Source: Octopus vulgaris (Eukaryota). Taken from it: a stretch of DNA of 64,000 bases. The notes beneath the pieces were generated by a model. It did not search any database. It saw nothing but the letters and a program-made list of their open reading frames with translations, and was not told the origin of the DNA. The stretch covers positions 86,614,001 through 86,678,000 of the forward strand of contig OX597822.1 of NCBI GenBank assembly GCA_951406725.2, given 5' to 3'. Positions 1 through 14,838 of this stretch are shown one piece after another (positions within the stretch are counted from its first letter, which is position 1; each line of letters starts with the position of its first letter). The position numbers and the translations under genes were made by a program.

Positions 1-133
1 AGCTAGAGCTGAGACCAAGTCTTTGCCTGCCCGTGTACAGACAATAGCATTGTGTGCTCCAGAAACAGCCGGTCCGTGGTCAGCCGTCACCATCAGACAC
101 ATCTCAATGAATTTGGTGGCATATTTTGGAAGT
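1..133 (-). CDS. ACLY: ACLY exon, cut by window edge: [44 protein letters not shown] (citrate synthase homology domain)
   Basis: tctaag| acceptor, phase 2, [12 protein letters not shown] motif. Confidence 0.96.
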
Positions 134-3100
134 CTTAGAAGTTGAATAATAGAAAGAAAAACCTTAATGTATTAGTGAGAGAAAGAATAAGTAGAGAGGG
201 AGAGGAGTGAGGAAAGATAGGAAGGACAGAGGGAGAAAAAGAGAGCCAAGAGCAGACTGGAATTCAATGATAGGAAATACTTTAAACAGAATGAAATTTG
301 TTCAATAATAATAATTGTATCTAATTTAGGCACAAAGCCATCAATTTGAGAGAAGTGGGGATAATCAATACCATTAATGCCAATACTTGATTAATATTAT
401 TTTATTGATCCCAAAAGGATGAAAGGCAAAAGTGGACCTCAGCAGGATTTGAACTCACAATATAAAGAACTGGAAAAAATATGGTAAGACATTTCTTAGG
501 CACTTTAATGATTCTGTCAGCTAGGAACAAGTTATGAATGGGGGGGGGGCATTCGATCAGGTCTTGCCATCATCACCATTATAACATTTTAACATCTGTT
601 AAATATTATGTCATGGTTTGGGCAGTTTTACAGGGGCTGGCAAGGCTGGAGGACTGCACTAGGCCCCAGTTGTCTGTTTTGATATGGTTTCTACAGCTGG
701 ATACCCTTCCTAACACCAACCACTTTACAGAGTGTACTGGGTGCTTTTCATGTGACACCTTCATGAATGCTTTCTATATGGTGTCTGGCACAAGTGCTTT
801 TTAAGATATAATTCTATATAACAAAGTATTTTCTCTCACAGAACCATTTCTGCTACAGATGAATCAGGTATTTTTGATTCCTGACAAAGACAAAAATAAA
901 CAAAGAACTATGAAAAATGTATGGAAAGAATATAATTGAAATATTAAGTTACCGTCTTTGGAACCAGAGAAGGCTAAGGACACCGCCAATGCCTAAATCT
1001 TCTTTAAAAATATCTGTGATTGGAGTTCCAGCATAGAGTAGCTCTGAACCTCGTTCATCACAAATGCTGGTCATGAAAGATGCAGGTTTACGAATCAAAC
1101 CAAGTTCCTGTGAAGGAAAAGCAGAAATAAATCAGTCCTAATAGGGATAAATGTTCACGACAGATGGCAGTAAGTGAAGGTCTCAATCAGAGGGTGGGGA
1201 TTAGTGAGTGAAAGGCTCGGTGGGTGAAGGTGGTCAAAGTGGGGGCTCAGTCAATGGAGGGCTTGATGGGTGTAGGTAGTTTCTGTGGGTATGGGACAAG
1301 GAGTGGAGAACCTTGTGAACGAAGGGCTCAGTGAATAAGGGGAAATGCAACGAAATACTGAGTGAATTACAAATGAGAGAGAAATAATGATGTTGCAATA
1401 AGTGGATCTTACATTCACTTTAATGACAAAGTATTCCAGTTATTCAATCAAAAGTACAGTGTCATTAGGCGTATATTTCAGTCACTGAATCCAACCATGA
1501 GGCAGACTTAGTGAAGAGAAGTTAGTGACCTATGAACTCTAAGTGCAGTCCATTCAATAAGCCTCTACAGTTCCCTTCTACCCAATCTCACTCAAGAAAT
1601 TGTGTGAGAAAAATCTCACCCGATGTGATCATACAGTGGAATTGAGCCCAGGACCTAGTGATAATGAAGTAAACATCATCACTTGACCAAGTGATGAAGA
1701 AAAGGAAGACAAAAAGCACTCAGAATATAAGGTGATACACTATGGTCAAAGTTTTAGCATTTTAGCAATTCAGAGATTGCAACAAATTCCATTTCATCAA
1801 ACTGTAAGATATCAAAAGAAATAATTATCCTAGAACCAAGAAACAAATCTGATCGATCATCATAGGTGTGTCGTGTGTAAATGAGGCAGTGGCTGCAAAC
1901 TGCATAGTCCAATACTTATAGTTACCATTAAGTTATACTCAAAGGCAAAAAACTGCATAGTTCAATACTTATAGTTACCATTAAGTTATACTCAAAGGCA
2001 AAAAACAGACCACTTTGCTTGCTTCAGTATGTCAAGTATTTTACAATTTATTCATTCATATTTATTTCTTGGAATTCAACCATAATTATATGTGGGAATA
2101 TTTGAGAAGATATTAATGAAACAAGGTTATGTGTATTTCTTGTTTGTTACTTGCCTCTAAGAAGTATTTTTATAATAAGGAAGGAAAACTTGAGCCTTAA
2201 TATGGCAATATTCGTGAACTGAAATACCAAACTGTTGTAATTTAAGTGGAGGAAATGAACTGATGACAGTAAGTTAATGAAAACTCCATCCTTTGAAGTA
2301 TCTTTGGCAGTGAGTCATTCGTTCACTGCACCAGTGGTTAAGATAGGACTTCTACACAGATATACCCATGACAACTCATCTGAGGGTGAGTCACAGTTTT
2401 TTGCTAAATGGTAGGAAGTGCTTCAAGCAATTAAAACATTTGTTTCCACCTGTATTCAACAAAAATCATCAAGAAACTTATTTAATTAACAATTAAAACC
2501 ACAAAGCCTGTAAGGTAAGTGGATTAAATAAGGGTTTCAAATTTTGCCACAAGGGCAGCAATTTAGTGGGAAGGGGATGAGTCGATTACATCAACCCCAG
2601 TGTTCAACTGGTACTTACTGACCCCCAAAAGGATGAAAGGCAAAGTCAACCTTGGTGGAATTTGAACTCAGAATGTAGCAATGGGTGAAATACCATTGCC
2701 TTAAGTGAATTAAATAATAAAAAAACAATAAAGTAGGATTGAAACATCCTTAACATACCCTAGCCCATGCATAATCCATTGGTACAGTTGGAGGGGCCCG
2801 TTCTGGCTCTGGAATAATAATACCTTGGCCAACAAGATTTTCGTAGACTTTCCTTGAAGAAAGATATAGAAATATAAAATTAAGTTAATGTGCCAATTGT
2901 GGGTGTGCTGGTTTTAGGGTTTTAATAATGATAATAATATGTCCAGCCTGAATGTATAATATAATAACACTTACTTTATAAGTGTCCCAAGTCCATCAAA
3001 ACTGTTAGGAACATAAGCACCAGCTTCTCTAAGTGCTTGATTTTTAGCAACAGCTGTTTCACGGTCAGCATTAGCACAAGAACCAGCATGACCGAATTGA

Positions 3101-6008
3101 ACCTATAAAGAAAAGAAAAAACAATTTAGGTTAACATAAAAGATAACTTCATAAGTTTTACAAGAAAATCCTCAGACTATTAATAAAAATACATAAGAAA
3201 TAAATAATATCTAGAGAGAATGAATGACTAATTATTTATCAAGTGCAACTGATTAAAATTAAAGATTGAACTTGTATCAATGAACAAAATGTAGGCAATT
3301 GATCTCTGCTGATCAAACTGTAGAAGATATTTCAGTGAACAACAGGTTGGAAGAGTTCATTAAATATAAACACTCAACCAATACACATTAAAGATGACGG
3401 TTTAAAAGTATTTCAATAATATTAAATATAAGAAAAAAAGGCTCAGTTCACACACAATCATCATCATCAAAATGTATTCAAGGGGTAGCACTCATATAAG
3501 CTGGGTTGGAGGGAACTTTATCTCATGTTTCATTTTTGGCTCAGTTTCTATGACTGGATTCCTTTAGTAACACCATACACTAATGCTGGATACCTTTTCT
3601 TTTGTGGGCCCAGGATCATGTCCTTCATAAGGTTGAAGAGCCCTTTACAGAATATAAGGGGTATGTTTTTGTGATTCCACCAACACAAGAGACAGACAGA
3701 GAGAACCATATTGAGGACATGGCATCACAAAAGGAAAGCTCCCCCACATGTGTCTGCTTGCTCACCAGCTTCTTTTTACCGAGTGAGAAGATGAGTGACA
3801 GAGGCACAGACAACAGTGATGAGAGGGACGTGTGATAGGAGGACTCAACATTCTGAGATTGGTATTTCTATATTCAAAGCTGAGATGACAGGGAGGTAAG
3901 GGAAACCCATGTGTTCCGGAAGATGGAGTGATGGCAAATGCACAGATTGTGGAGTACAAAAGAAATAAGAGCATGCTGAAAGTCAAAGTAACAGGCAGGA
4001 CAGGAGGAGAGGCAAAGGGTCCAGTGTGGCCACTGAAAAATAGGTGAGGAGGTGGGCCAAAGGGAACCAAGTGTAGAGATGAAGATCTGTAGAAAAGGTA
4101 TAGGTAGAAACTCCATAAGCTGTACCCAGCGTAAGCTATGGACACATAAGAAGTGCAGCAACATCAAAAGAAGGTTAATTGGGAAGATAGCTTTCATGTG
4201 CGGCAGATGCAGAGGGGCAATAAACACTGCAGATGCTTAGAAAGCTGATTCCATCACATGTCAGGGGAAGAAACTAGAAATAGTTGACAGCTTCTGCTAC
4301 CTAGGCAACCAAGTCTGTAGTGGGGGTGGATGCTCAGAGAGCATTGCCACACTAGAATAAGAATAGGCTGGGCAAAGTTCAGAAAGCTCCTACCCCAACT
4401 AGTGACAAAGGGCCTCTTGCTCAGAGTGAAAGGTAGATTGTACGATGCATGTGTGTGAACTACCATGCTTCATGGCAGTGAAACACAGGCTGTGACTGCT
4501 GAAAACATGTGGAGGCTCAAAAGAAATGAAACTAGCATGATCTGCTGGATGTGTAATGACAGTGTGCACACACGATAGTGTAAGCGCCCTGAGAGAAATG
4601 TTGGGCATAAGAAGCATCAGATGTGGTGTGCAAGAGAGACGACTGCATTGATATAGTCATGTGTTATGTATGGATGAGGCAAGCTGTGTGAAAAAGTGTC
4701 ACTCCCAAACAGCGGAAGGAACCTGTGGTAGAGGGAAACCCAGGAAGACATGGGATGAGGTGGTCAAGCATGACCTTCAAATGTTGGCCCTCACAGAGGC
4801 AATGACTAGTGACCGAGACCTCTGGAGAGATACTGTGACTGAGAAGACCTGGCAAGTAAAAAGTGTGATGACAGCCATAGCCTACACCAGTGTCACATAA
4901 TCAGCCCACTTAAAAAAGTACCTTTGGATCATCAGGTGACATGCCGTGCTTGAGGAGACCTATTGAGTTAAGTAAATCAAAATCAAATCAAATCACAATC
5001 AAATGGAAATTGTAGTTGTGGCTGATGTCAGTGTCGCCTGACTGGCCCCCATGCTGGTGGCATGCATGGGTCGTTGCCAGTGCCGCTTGACTGGCTCCTT
5101 GTGCCAGTGGTATGTAAAAAGCACCATCCAAAGGTGGTTGATGCCACCCACCCCCGACTGGCTCCTGTGCTGGTGGCACGTAAAAAGCACCATCCAAACA
5201 TGGCTGATGCCAGTCCCCCGCCTGACTGGTTCCAGTACCGGTGGCATGTAAAAAGCACCCAAAACATTCCTAGAGTCAGTAGTGTTAGGAAGGGCATCCA
5301 GCAGTAGAAACATTGCCAAATCAGATTGGAACCTGGTGTAGCCTCATGGCTTGCCAGTCCCCAGTCAAACCTCCAGCATGGAAAACAGATGTTAAACGAT
5401 GATGATGAATACTAGTGGTGTTTTAAGAGAAATGAAGATAAAATCAGCTAAAATACCTCAGAGGTAAACATTCGGGCACATGTGCCAATACACCAAGCCA
5501 CAAGAGGTTTGGTGATTTTACCAGCCTTCATTGCTTCAATTACTTTGTATTCTTCAACACCACCAACCTGAGGAGAGATAAAAGATTTACGTAACAACAC
5601 ACAGATGGATACATTTTTATACACCTCATATACTGTTAAAAAAAATCATAATTCTCTTAAATGTCAATCAATTCTCTTAACATGTAAATAGTTTGTAAAA
5701 TAATTATCTTCTAAACTAAATGGATGTAAAAATATTATTCAAAATTTTACATGAAACAATAATATTGAGAATTTTAAATTGGAGCAAATTTATACTCCAT
5801 ACTGTAAATGTTGCATTTACAGTTGATACTGGTAAATATTATAGTTAATATTAGTAAATATAACACTCTAAGCAGTGTAAATCTACAAGCTGATGAACTG
5901 GTAGAGTTATATGAGCATTGTGACGTCCATTCTGGCTGTGTTCTGACTTCAAAAACTTGCCTTTTGTTGTTTTGGGTACTAATGCTGTACTGGTATTTTT
6001 TCTTTCTC

Positions 6009-6039
<31 letters not shown>

Positions 6040-9000
6040 AAGAAATCAGCTGTAGTCTGATCTGGAGAGGGATAGGCTCTGACAATTCTAAAAATTTACC
6101 CAAAACATGTACCATGACGGCACACTTGCAATTCCACCAGAAGATGAGGTAGCAAGGCAAGACAAATATAACACTAACTAAAGCTAGTCTGCACTACATA
6201 ATATGATAAATAACTGATGATAACACTGTAGCAATAACCATTTTAGCCATTTTGAAATATGGCACGAATTGGTAATATGACGTAATGTCTTTGCCGAAGA
6301 ATTATTATTTTCGTTTTTTTCCATTGGTTAATATAACTACTCATATAAAGATTCTAAAAGTTTCTTAAAGAATATTTGTCATGGATTTCTATTCTTTTAA
6401 GTCAAGTTGAGCAGTTATAAAAACCCTGGATTTTGGGAAAAACTTCAGTGTTTGTTGGATGTCACTGAACTCTATGACACTCACTCTTTTGAGACATCAG
6501 TAATTTTCATGCCATGTCTAAAGTTAATCACAAGTCTATTTTGATTTGTTGGTTAATGTATTAGTTAGAATTAAGAAATTAGTTAATGAATTTATAGTCG
6601 TTCTTCTACACGACAAAGTTATCTTTCTTTCCTACTGTAAATAATATAAAATGTTATATTTATATAATAAAACTAATTAAAAGAAAATGTTTCTCTTCAC
6701 GTTTGTTTTTCAACTGAGCATAAATAAGTATGCATTTCTGTAATCCTTAATTTATATTTTCTTATAGCGGTTTAAAGGACACAAAGAAAATATTCAACAT
6801 ACATGTCATTAATATTCATAGCGTTTCACGTGTATATGTCTCTATGACGTTATATACTGTAGTTAGGGTTTTAGGTATAATGATAACACTAAGTACAAGT
6901 GACGTTAATCATTATATTCTCCCTTACTCAGAAAAAAACCAAATAAAATAATATAACCTAAGAGAAAGTTTAAGGTAGAATAAGCAAAATCGCCATAAGA
7001 AAAACACTAATCAACAGCTACTTTATCATCACATGATTTTTCATCTATTTCTACATCCATTTCTTTTATGGTAACATCATAAAGTCTCACACACACTCAC
7101 ACATACATGCAATCTTTACAATGATCTTTAAAAAAAAATCCTTAAAACTCTTGAGATTACCTCTCCCAGAAGAACTATCATCTTCACATCTTCTTGTTCT
7201 TGATACCGCATTATATAATCAGGGAATGTTGTGCCAGGATATCTAAACAAAATTAAAATTCACTCATAGTTTTAAAAATATATATTTATTTTAATCTAAA
7301 CTAAACAACCGTTTTTAAATTATTTCTACTTCCAAATATGGACATTGAACTCAGATGCAAATGGAGAATCAGATTTAAATTACTGCAAAACACATATACA
7401 TGTGTGTGTGTGTGTGTGTGTATATACACAAGAGGAATATTGGTAGGTGCCCTTGTTCATATATAAGTTACACTATTAAGAGTTTAAGCTAAGAAGAGTC
7501 TAACTTTCTTAGTATCATATTAAAACAATTAAGGAGTTAACAACTTTATATAGTACCAACAATTTTCAACCTTTCATAGTAACAGTTGCAGCACATTCCA
7601 AAGAATGTGAAAGAAACTTTGCAAATAAAAGGCATCAGTTGTCTCTGTAAGAAGAAAAAACTGAGTTGCATTGATTGACTAATTGAAAGATGTTAGAAAG
7701 AACTTTTTCAGAGTTCTCCACCCCTCTACAGTCAGGAACTCATGCTTGAAAAAAAAAAGAAAGGTATCTTGTTACCAAAGAATGAATTTCTGTCTTTATT
7801 TTCTAAACAACAACATCATCATCATCATCGTTTAACATCTGCCTTCCATGCTGGCATGGTTAAAAGTGAAAAGTAATTTAACCATGGATTATTTTCTCAC
7901 CTGTCTCCACCAATAGCAACACCTTCGTAGACTCCATTTGTGTTTAATGCTATGATATTATTCAATTCATTTGACATCCCACCTGAACGAGACACATATG
8001 CTACGCTGAAAATAAAAAGGTTAACAAAATTAAGGATTCTTTTACACAGGAGAGCATTAAAATAAAGAAAAAGCCAAATACGTGACCAGGTCACAGTTTT
8101 TTTTGTTACAACTAATTCATTTAATTCCTGTAAGAAAGGCACGAGAGCTATGTCACCTCATGATGAAATATAATTACTATAAAATAACTATTTATAAGAG
8201 GAGCATTGAGCTTTAGATTAATAAACAATGATGTGAGAGTTAGTGACATTCATGCCTTTACCAAAGAAAAAGGAGTGGGGAATTTCAAATTAGAATTAAA
8301 CCTAGACTACTCTAAGCAATTATGCCATCTCAGCAGAACTGATCAATTGAAAGAATTATTAAGTCTTACCTGCCAGGTCTGTAGAGTTTTGAAGACAGTA
8401 TGTTATCCAGCATGCCACCTGTGTTTCCAATTTTGAAACAACCAGGTTTTACTCCACCAACCTGTTTGAGAGTAAAAGGTGAAATAATAGCAAAAAAGAA
8501 ACATATACAACACAGCATACAATACATTACATGTACACACATATAAAGTTGTAATAATGAAGTTGTAAACCAGACAATGGTATTTTGAAATCATTTAATA
8601 TGTTTCAGGTCTGTGTAATAAATATTCTTTTACTTGTTTCAGTCATTTGATTGCGGCCATGCTACAGCACTGCTTTTAGTTGAAGAAATCAATCCCTAGA
8701 CTCATTCTTTGTAAGCCTGGTACTTATTCTATTAGTCCCTTTGCTGAACCACTAAGTTATAGAGGCATAAACACACCAACATCGGACTTCTTTCAGTTTC
8801 TGTTTACCAAATCTACTCACAAGGCTTTGGTCGGCCCAAGACACTTGTCCAAGGTGTCACGCAGCAGGACTGAACCCCGAACAATGTAATTGGGAAGCAA
8901 GCTTCTTACCACACAGCCACACCTGCATAATATATATAATGGGAAATCCATCCATTACGTAAGACCTTCCTCAGTTAAGACATTTCAAAATATCACTGTT

Positions 9001-12000
9001 TGGATTGACTTCATTATTGCAACTTAAATGACGACTCGATGCCAGTACAAACAAGCTGGTCTAGACTCCATTTGTGCAAAGAGTCTAACAACAATTAGTA
9101 GTTTGTTATATAGTTATGCTGAGAAATGATGCATGATACCAGAAGTTTTCACATGACTCAAGTATGGTTGTGTGCATGCGTGCATACACACCACATAACA
9201 GTACACAGTAGAAATTAGAAGGTGTTACCAATACTACTAAGATCTAGTATTTTCAGGCATTTTTATGGCAAGAATGAAACTTATATCCTCTCATTCATTG
9301 CTGGAAACCAGATTTTCTTCAACCAGATATGATACCCTTTATGCCAATATATGATAGCGTGTCTTGAACATCATTATATGGCAAAGAACCTTATCTTCCA
9401 TATACCAGATAGTATATCTTATATACCATACACCAGTGTATGACAAATGATTAAAACCGACAGTAAATCACTGGTAACTATTAACCACCAACCCTGGAGA
9501 TGGATGAAAATGCTATATTTAGAGTTACTAAGCATTAAATTTGGTACACTACCATTTCTACAGGCTGCTTCCATGAAAGTAATTCTAACTGCTAGGGCTT
9601 TCATTGAAAATGTTTCTTATGGTTTGTTACCAACCTGTAATTTCCAGCCTCAAAATTCATTGAAATAACAACAACAACTAGTGGGACCCATAAATATTTC
9701 ACAGAATTAATGGTAAACCTATTGGGTTATTTCAGAAAACTTTATCCAAAAAACCTGAAAGTGTAGCCTGTGTTGTGTCAGTAAGGAAAGATAGTGAAGT
9801 GATAGGTGATATAAAAACTTGGTTCAATTAAAAAAAAAATACACAATCACCACCTCCACCACTTCCATCATCATCTCCCCCACCCTCTCTCTGTCTGCCT
9901 TTCTTTAACCTCACCATCAGAATATCACCCCTTTGCTAAATTGATATTTTTAACTCTCCTCTTCTATGTCATCACTACCTTCAACTAACTTTTTAACCAC
10001 ATAAATTTTACGTCCCCCTCTCCACCTTGCATCATGGATGCCTCTCTCACCCTTTGCCATACCCTCTTTTTCTCTCTTTTCTTTCTCCTCTCTTTCCCTT
10101 CAACTAATCACATGAAAGCGTTACAATTAAATTCCCTCTACTTCATGTCATGAATGCTTTTCTCTCCCACTTCTCTAATCACATGAAAGTATTACTAATG
10201 GGCTAAGTAATGGAATGACAAACAGAATTATTATAATAAGCACTTGAAAGACTAAAAACTTGTGGATACCTAAGGTCACAGGTGGTAATGTGTGTAGTGA
10301 TAATTGCTTTTTTTAAAATTTGGTTTTTCCATGCTAGAATGGGTTAGATGAATATATTATTGAAGCATTGTTTTATAGTTGGCTACCCTTTCTGTTGCTA
10401 TTGTGTAAGTGTTCTTAAAAACTACTTTATTCCTCATGTCTTTGAAAGCAGAAAATCAACAGATGACCTATTGACAAGGGAAACAACATCATCACCACCA
10501 ACTGCAGCTGAATGATTTGGGGAGAAGTGCAAGTGTCAACACAGAGACATTTGTGCGTACACACACACACACACACACACAGAGGCTTTCTTTCAGTTTC
10601 TACCTACAAAGTCTACTCATAAGTCTTTGATTGGCACAAGAATATAACAGAAGGTACCATGCAGTGGGGCAGAACCAGAAAACGTGTAGTTTCAATAGCA
10701 TAAAAATCAATTCTAGGGAATGCATTAAAATTATAACCAGGTCAATATTTTGTTCCCATTACACCTAACAGAAATACCATAAAGAAATAATAAAACTACA
10801 ACCACGACTAGAGTGACATTGTAGGGAAGGTGTGAGAGGCTGGATCTGGTCAGTTTTGACATAAAACAGGGAGAATACTTCGACTGGACATGGCTGGATT
10901 AAAGAGCATATAATAACCACATATACACACATAGAAGTACACAACACTTCTGTTGTGAAAGCTGCGGCAAAGAAGACATAAACTCCCCAATTACAGTTGC
11001 AAGATTTTCTTTAAAAATGAAAGAAAAAAAATAAATAAATAAAACCGTACAGTTGCAGGGCCAATTATGCAGACACTTTTCTTGTTAGCTTCCATGATTA
11101 GTTGTCTGGTGAGGTTTTCGGGAATTCCTTCAGCAATGATAGCAATTGTTCGTATCTATAATGAAATTTAAGGAATAAAACAAATATTAACAGAAGGAAT
11201 AAAATACAACAAACACATTAAAAATTGAAAAAACAAAATGTGTGTTTATGATTTACATAAATCTTGTGAAAATTGATGGGAAACCAAACTAATGAGGAAG
11301 CTTGTGCATGGTCGCTGACCCTCTAGAAATGGCAGCCAAATTTGTTTGTAATCATCTCCTACCATCTTAAAAAAGGAAGGACACATTAGATAATGTAATC
11401 CTTATTACATTATGACTGAAAATGAGATAGGATGATAACAGTTAGAATGATTATGATCTAGAGTCTACTTGGTTACGGTCGACCTGGGTTAAATAGTAAC
11501 AACCACTTCAGGGGAGATAACTTTACTAACCCTAGGTTACATTACTTGCTTCTCTACCAGGCTGGTGATTTTACTGAAATTATATTTTTCGTTCTTGTTA
11601 AATACAAGCTTTAAGCTTCTAATTAATAATTGCTCATCTGGAGTCTGCATTAATTAATTACTTTAATCAATATAAGAACTTTGAAAGTTACATTTCAAAT
11701 TTATTCACTGTAATGTTTGCAAAGTATTCAACCCTGAAATATTTTACAGTTGAATGAGAAATCTCACAAAAAAGTCTAAGATTACCATTTATACCCAAGA
11801 GAAGCAGCAAATGACTTATGCTAATGGATGAGAAGAGTGAAAAGACCTTTGAATTCGAGTTACCATTCACAAGTGAAGCTAAAAATGCTTTAGATATTTC
11901 CTTTTCAACAAAAAGGTTTTTATTTCTTTACTTGACTGTCCCGAGTGTTACTTGTACACACCACCATTCACTTGGACAAACATTGGTGATACCATATAAA

Positions 12001-14791
12001 GACATATTTAATATTCCGTACAGTGTGCAGTAAATTTCAGTGAAGCATTGCAGTCAGCTGAATCAATAGGTTTCTTCTAATTTTGGTTTGTACTTTCTCA
12101 CCAAAACTATGTTATAGCCATTGTTTTGATGAATTATTCAAAGTAGGAGACACAAAGCTCATGACACTTATCAGCTCTTCAACACTGGTGAAATCAAAAC
12201 GACTGATGATAAGTGTGAACATCTGTAGGATGGATGTTAGGGAAAATGTGACTGATGAGGAAATTCCAGAAGAAGTTTTGGGGAAAATATTTAATATGGA
12301 ATCTTGTATGTAAAATCAAAAGTGATGTGAAGAGATGGATGTGTTGGGTGGTCGTAGATGAAGAGAATATTTGGCAGAAGAGAGAGAGGAAAGACAAGAA
12401 AAAGCAAAACTACGAGCAAATAGTTGAAGTAAGTAAATGAATCTTTATCTTTCAGTCAAATGTTATTCTACCCAATCACCCTCCTCTCTCTCTCACATAT
12501 ATATATATATATATATAACTCTGAAATGTTAATCCCAGTTGAACTTTATAGAAGATCACAAGAGGTGGGGAGGGTTATCAGATTCACTTATGTCAGAGTT
12601 ATGAAGGGACATATCAAAAACAATGGTTTGGCTCAACCACTTAACGGCCTCAGATGGATCGGGTGATTTACATATTTTTTCCAAGACCTACTTGGCAGAT
12701 ACACAACTCCATTTAGTAAAATATTTTGAGAGTCTGGAGTTGTTGTCCAGTAAAAGGATGGGCTGCTTTGTTTAGGCAGTATTCAGTGAATCTGATGGCA
12801 TCAGAAATAGAAATGGATAGGTTTGGTAGTGAGATAGAAGTTGATAATGTAAGAGAAGAGTTAGCTTAATAAACTTTAATGACTGGAGAACAGTAGTGAC
12901 ATCAGATAAACTTGGGGAAATGAAGAAGAGAGATTTTGAAATTAGTGTTGGCATTCATAAAGAATCTGTCAAAGACACATCAGAAACAAACATTGTTTCA
13001 GAACAAAGTCAGGATGTGTGGAAAATAGAGAAAAGATTTAGATATAGATTAAGAGATTTATATCTGACAAAGGATTACAAAATATGAATGGATGGGATTC
13101 GTGTTGCAGCAAAGTACTTTATTTTCTTTTGTTTTGTTTTTTTTTTCATTTGACTTCATTGTTCACATATGGGGTAGTTTCAATAGAGAAAAGGAAAAAG
13201 TACAACTAGCATCTAAGAACTAGTTGATCCCTATAAGCAGCTTATATGGAAGTTCCAAACTGAAGGTACAAAATTATGCCCAATACAAGTGAACAGCCTT
13301 ACAAAGCATTATTAAAACCAGTCATTCACTGAAAAATTTATTTCTCTTGTACTTTCTGATAAACATTGAAAAAAAAAAATGGTGCAGCCAGAAGACATCA
13401 AAATATCGGTTTATCCTTAAACAGAAGGCCTGGTCCAGCTGCTAATGACAAAGAAAATTCTGCTAAAGTACCTTAGGCCAAGTGGTGGCGTTAAACTGAC
13501 TGCTGCTTAGTCCACCAATTTTTAACTGCAAATTGCAAAGATCTAAATAGGTAACTGTAAATTCAACCACAGCAAGTAACGAAAATCTGTATAAAGAATA
13601 ATGTTACCTTTGAGTGTAGGGTTAGGGTTTAATTTTGAGGCCAGGGATCTAGCAGGCTCCCATGCCTTACATATATTACATGAAAATAGTTTTACCTGTC
13701 GTCCCAAACAGTCCAATTGTATTACAGTATTATTACCATCACTATAAAAGATTAAAAAAAAAAAAACTAAAGTACAGCAAATGAATGTGATTTTAACCTG
13801 AGGGTAATTGAGAGTTTCCATTGTACTTTCATAAGCCGAACGTAGAGATGCAAAATTCACCAAGACATCAGCATGAGGATGTTTCTTCATGACATCTGCC
13901 ATATTCTTGTAAACTAAAAAACATTAAATGAAATAAAATATATAGAAATGTTTAATAATATAGTAAAATATTTTGAAATATTTAGCAAAAAGTGCAAGAG
14001 AAAAGAAAAACAAGGACTTAATTCATTTTGTGCCATCAAAGATATGTTTCTCTCTTTCTCTCTCTCCATCACACACACAGCCAATTATAGGTTAAAAGAA
14101 TGGTTGCTGATTTGCCTTATTCATATCATTATGCTTATTAATGAAGCTTTTATCATTGTGGGGATAATAATAATTATTGTTTTTTTTATTAATTTTGGGT
14201 TTATAAGATAATTTAATATCAGTTTTGAATTCATTTGGGGTTTGTTATCAATTGCTGGTTTATAAATGGCTGGATTACTAGTTATATGTTTATTTTTACT
14301 TATATTTCCAGTTATGGCAGGATTAGAAAATTTCAGTTTTTTTTTTTTTCGGCTGCTAATTAGTTTTGTCATATTTATTAATGTTGTTTGGTCGATGGTA
14401 TTTTATTTTATCTCTATATCCAGTGTTTGCTAAAGCTGTGTTATAGAAATCCACATGTCTAGTAAACATTTTCTCATTAGAAGACAAATAGGTTAGTCTC
14501 TTACCAATGTTGGAGGCTAATGGATTTTGGATGGTTAGTTCGGAAGTCATCATAGCTTAAATTAGAATTTTATTTGTGGAAAGGTTCATGCAATCCAATT
14601 GTTAGACTGAAGTTAACTGAATTATTATCCTTCTCAATAGACATAGAAAGCCCATGCCTTTTGAAAAATTTATAAAATCTTTTCTTAAGTAATTCCAATT
14701 TTCTATTAGATGCATTTTTTATGATGAAAAGTGCATCATCCCTATATAATTCCACCCTTTATTTCTGGAAATTCATCATACATTTTTTTCT

Positions 14792-14838
<47 letters not shown>

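Noticed and set aside
5060-5260. CRISPR-like spaced repeats (ggtggcatgtaaaaagcacc)
   Set aside because: Eukaryotic intron; these are internal repeats of the RTE 3' UTR seen in other copies, and there are no cas genes.
6240-6960. AT-rich block that may be a non-autonomous DNA transposon
   Set aside because: I could not define TIRs or a TSD by eye.
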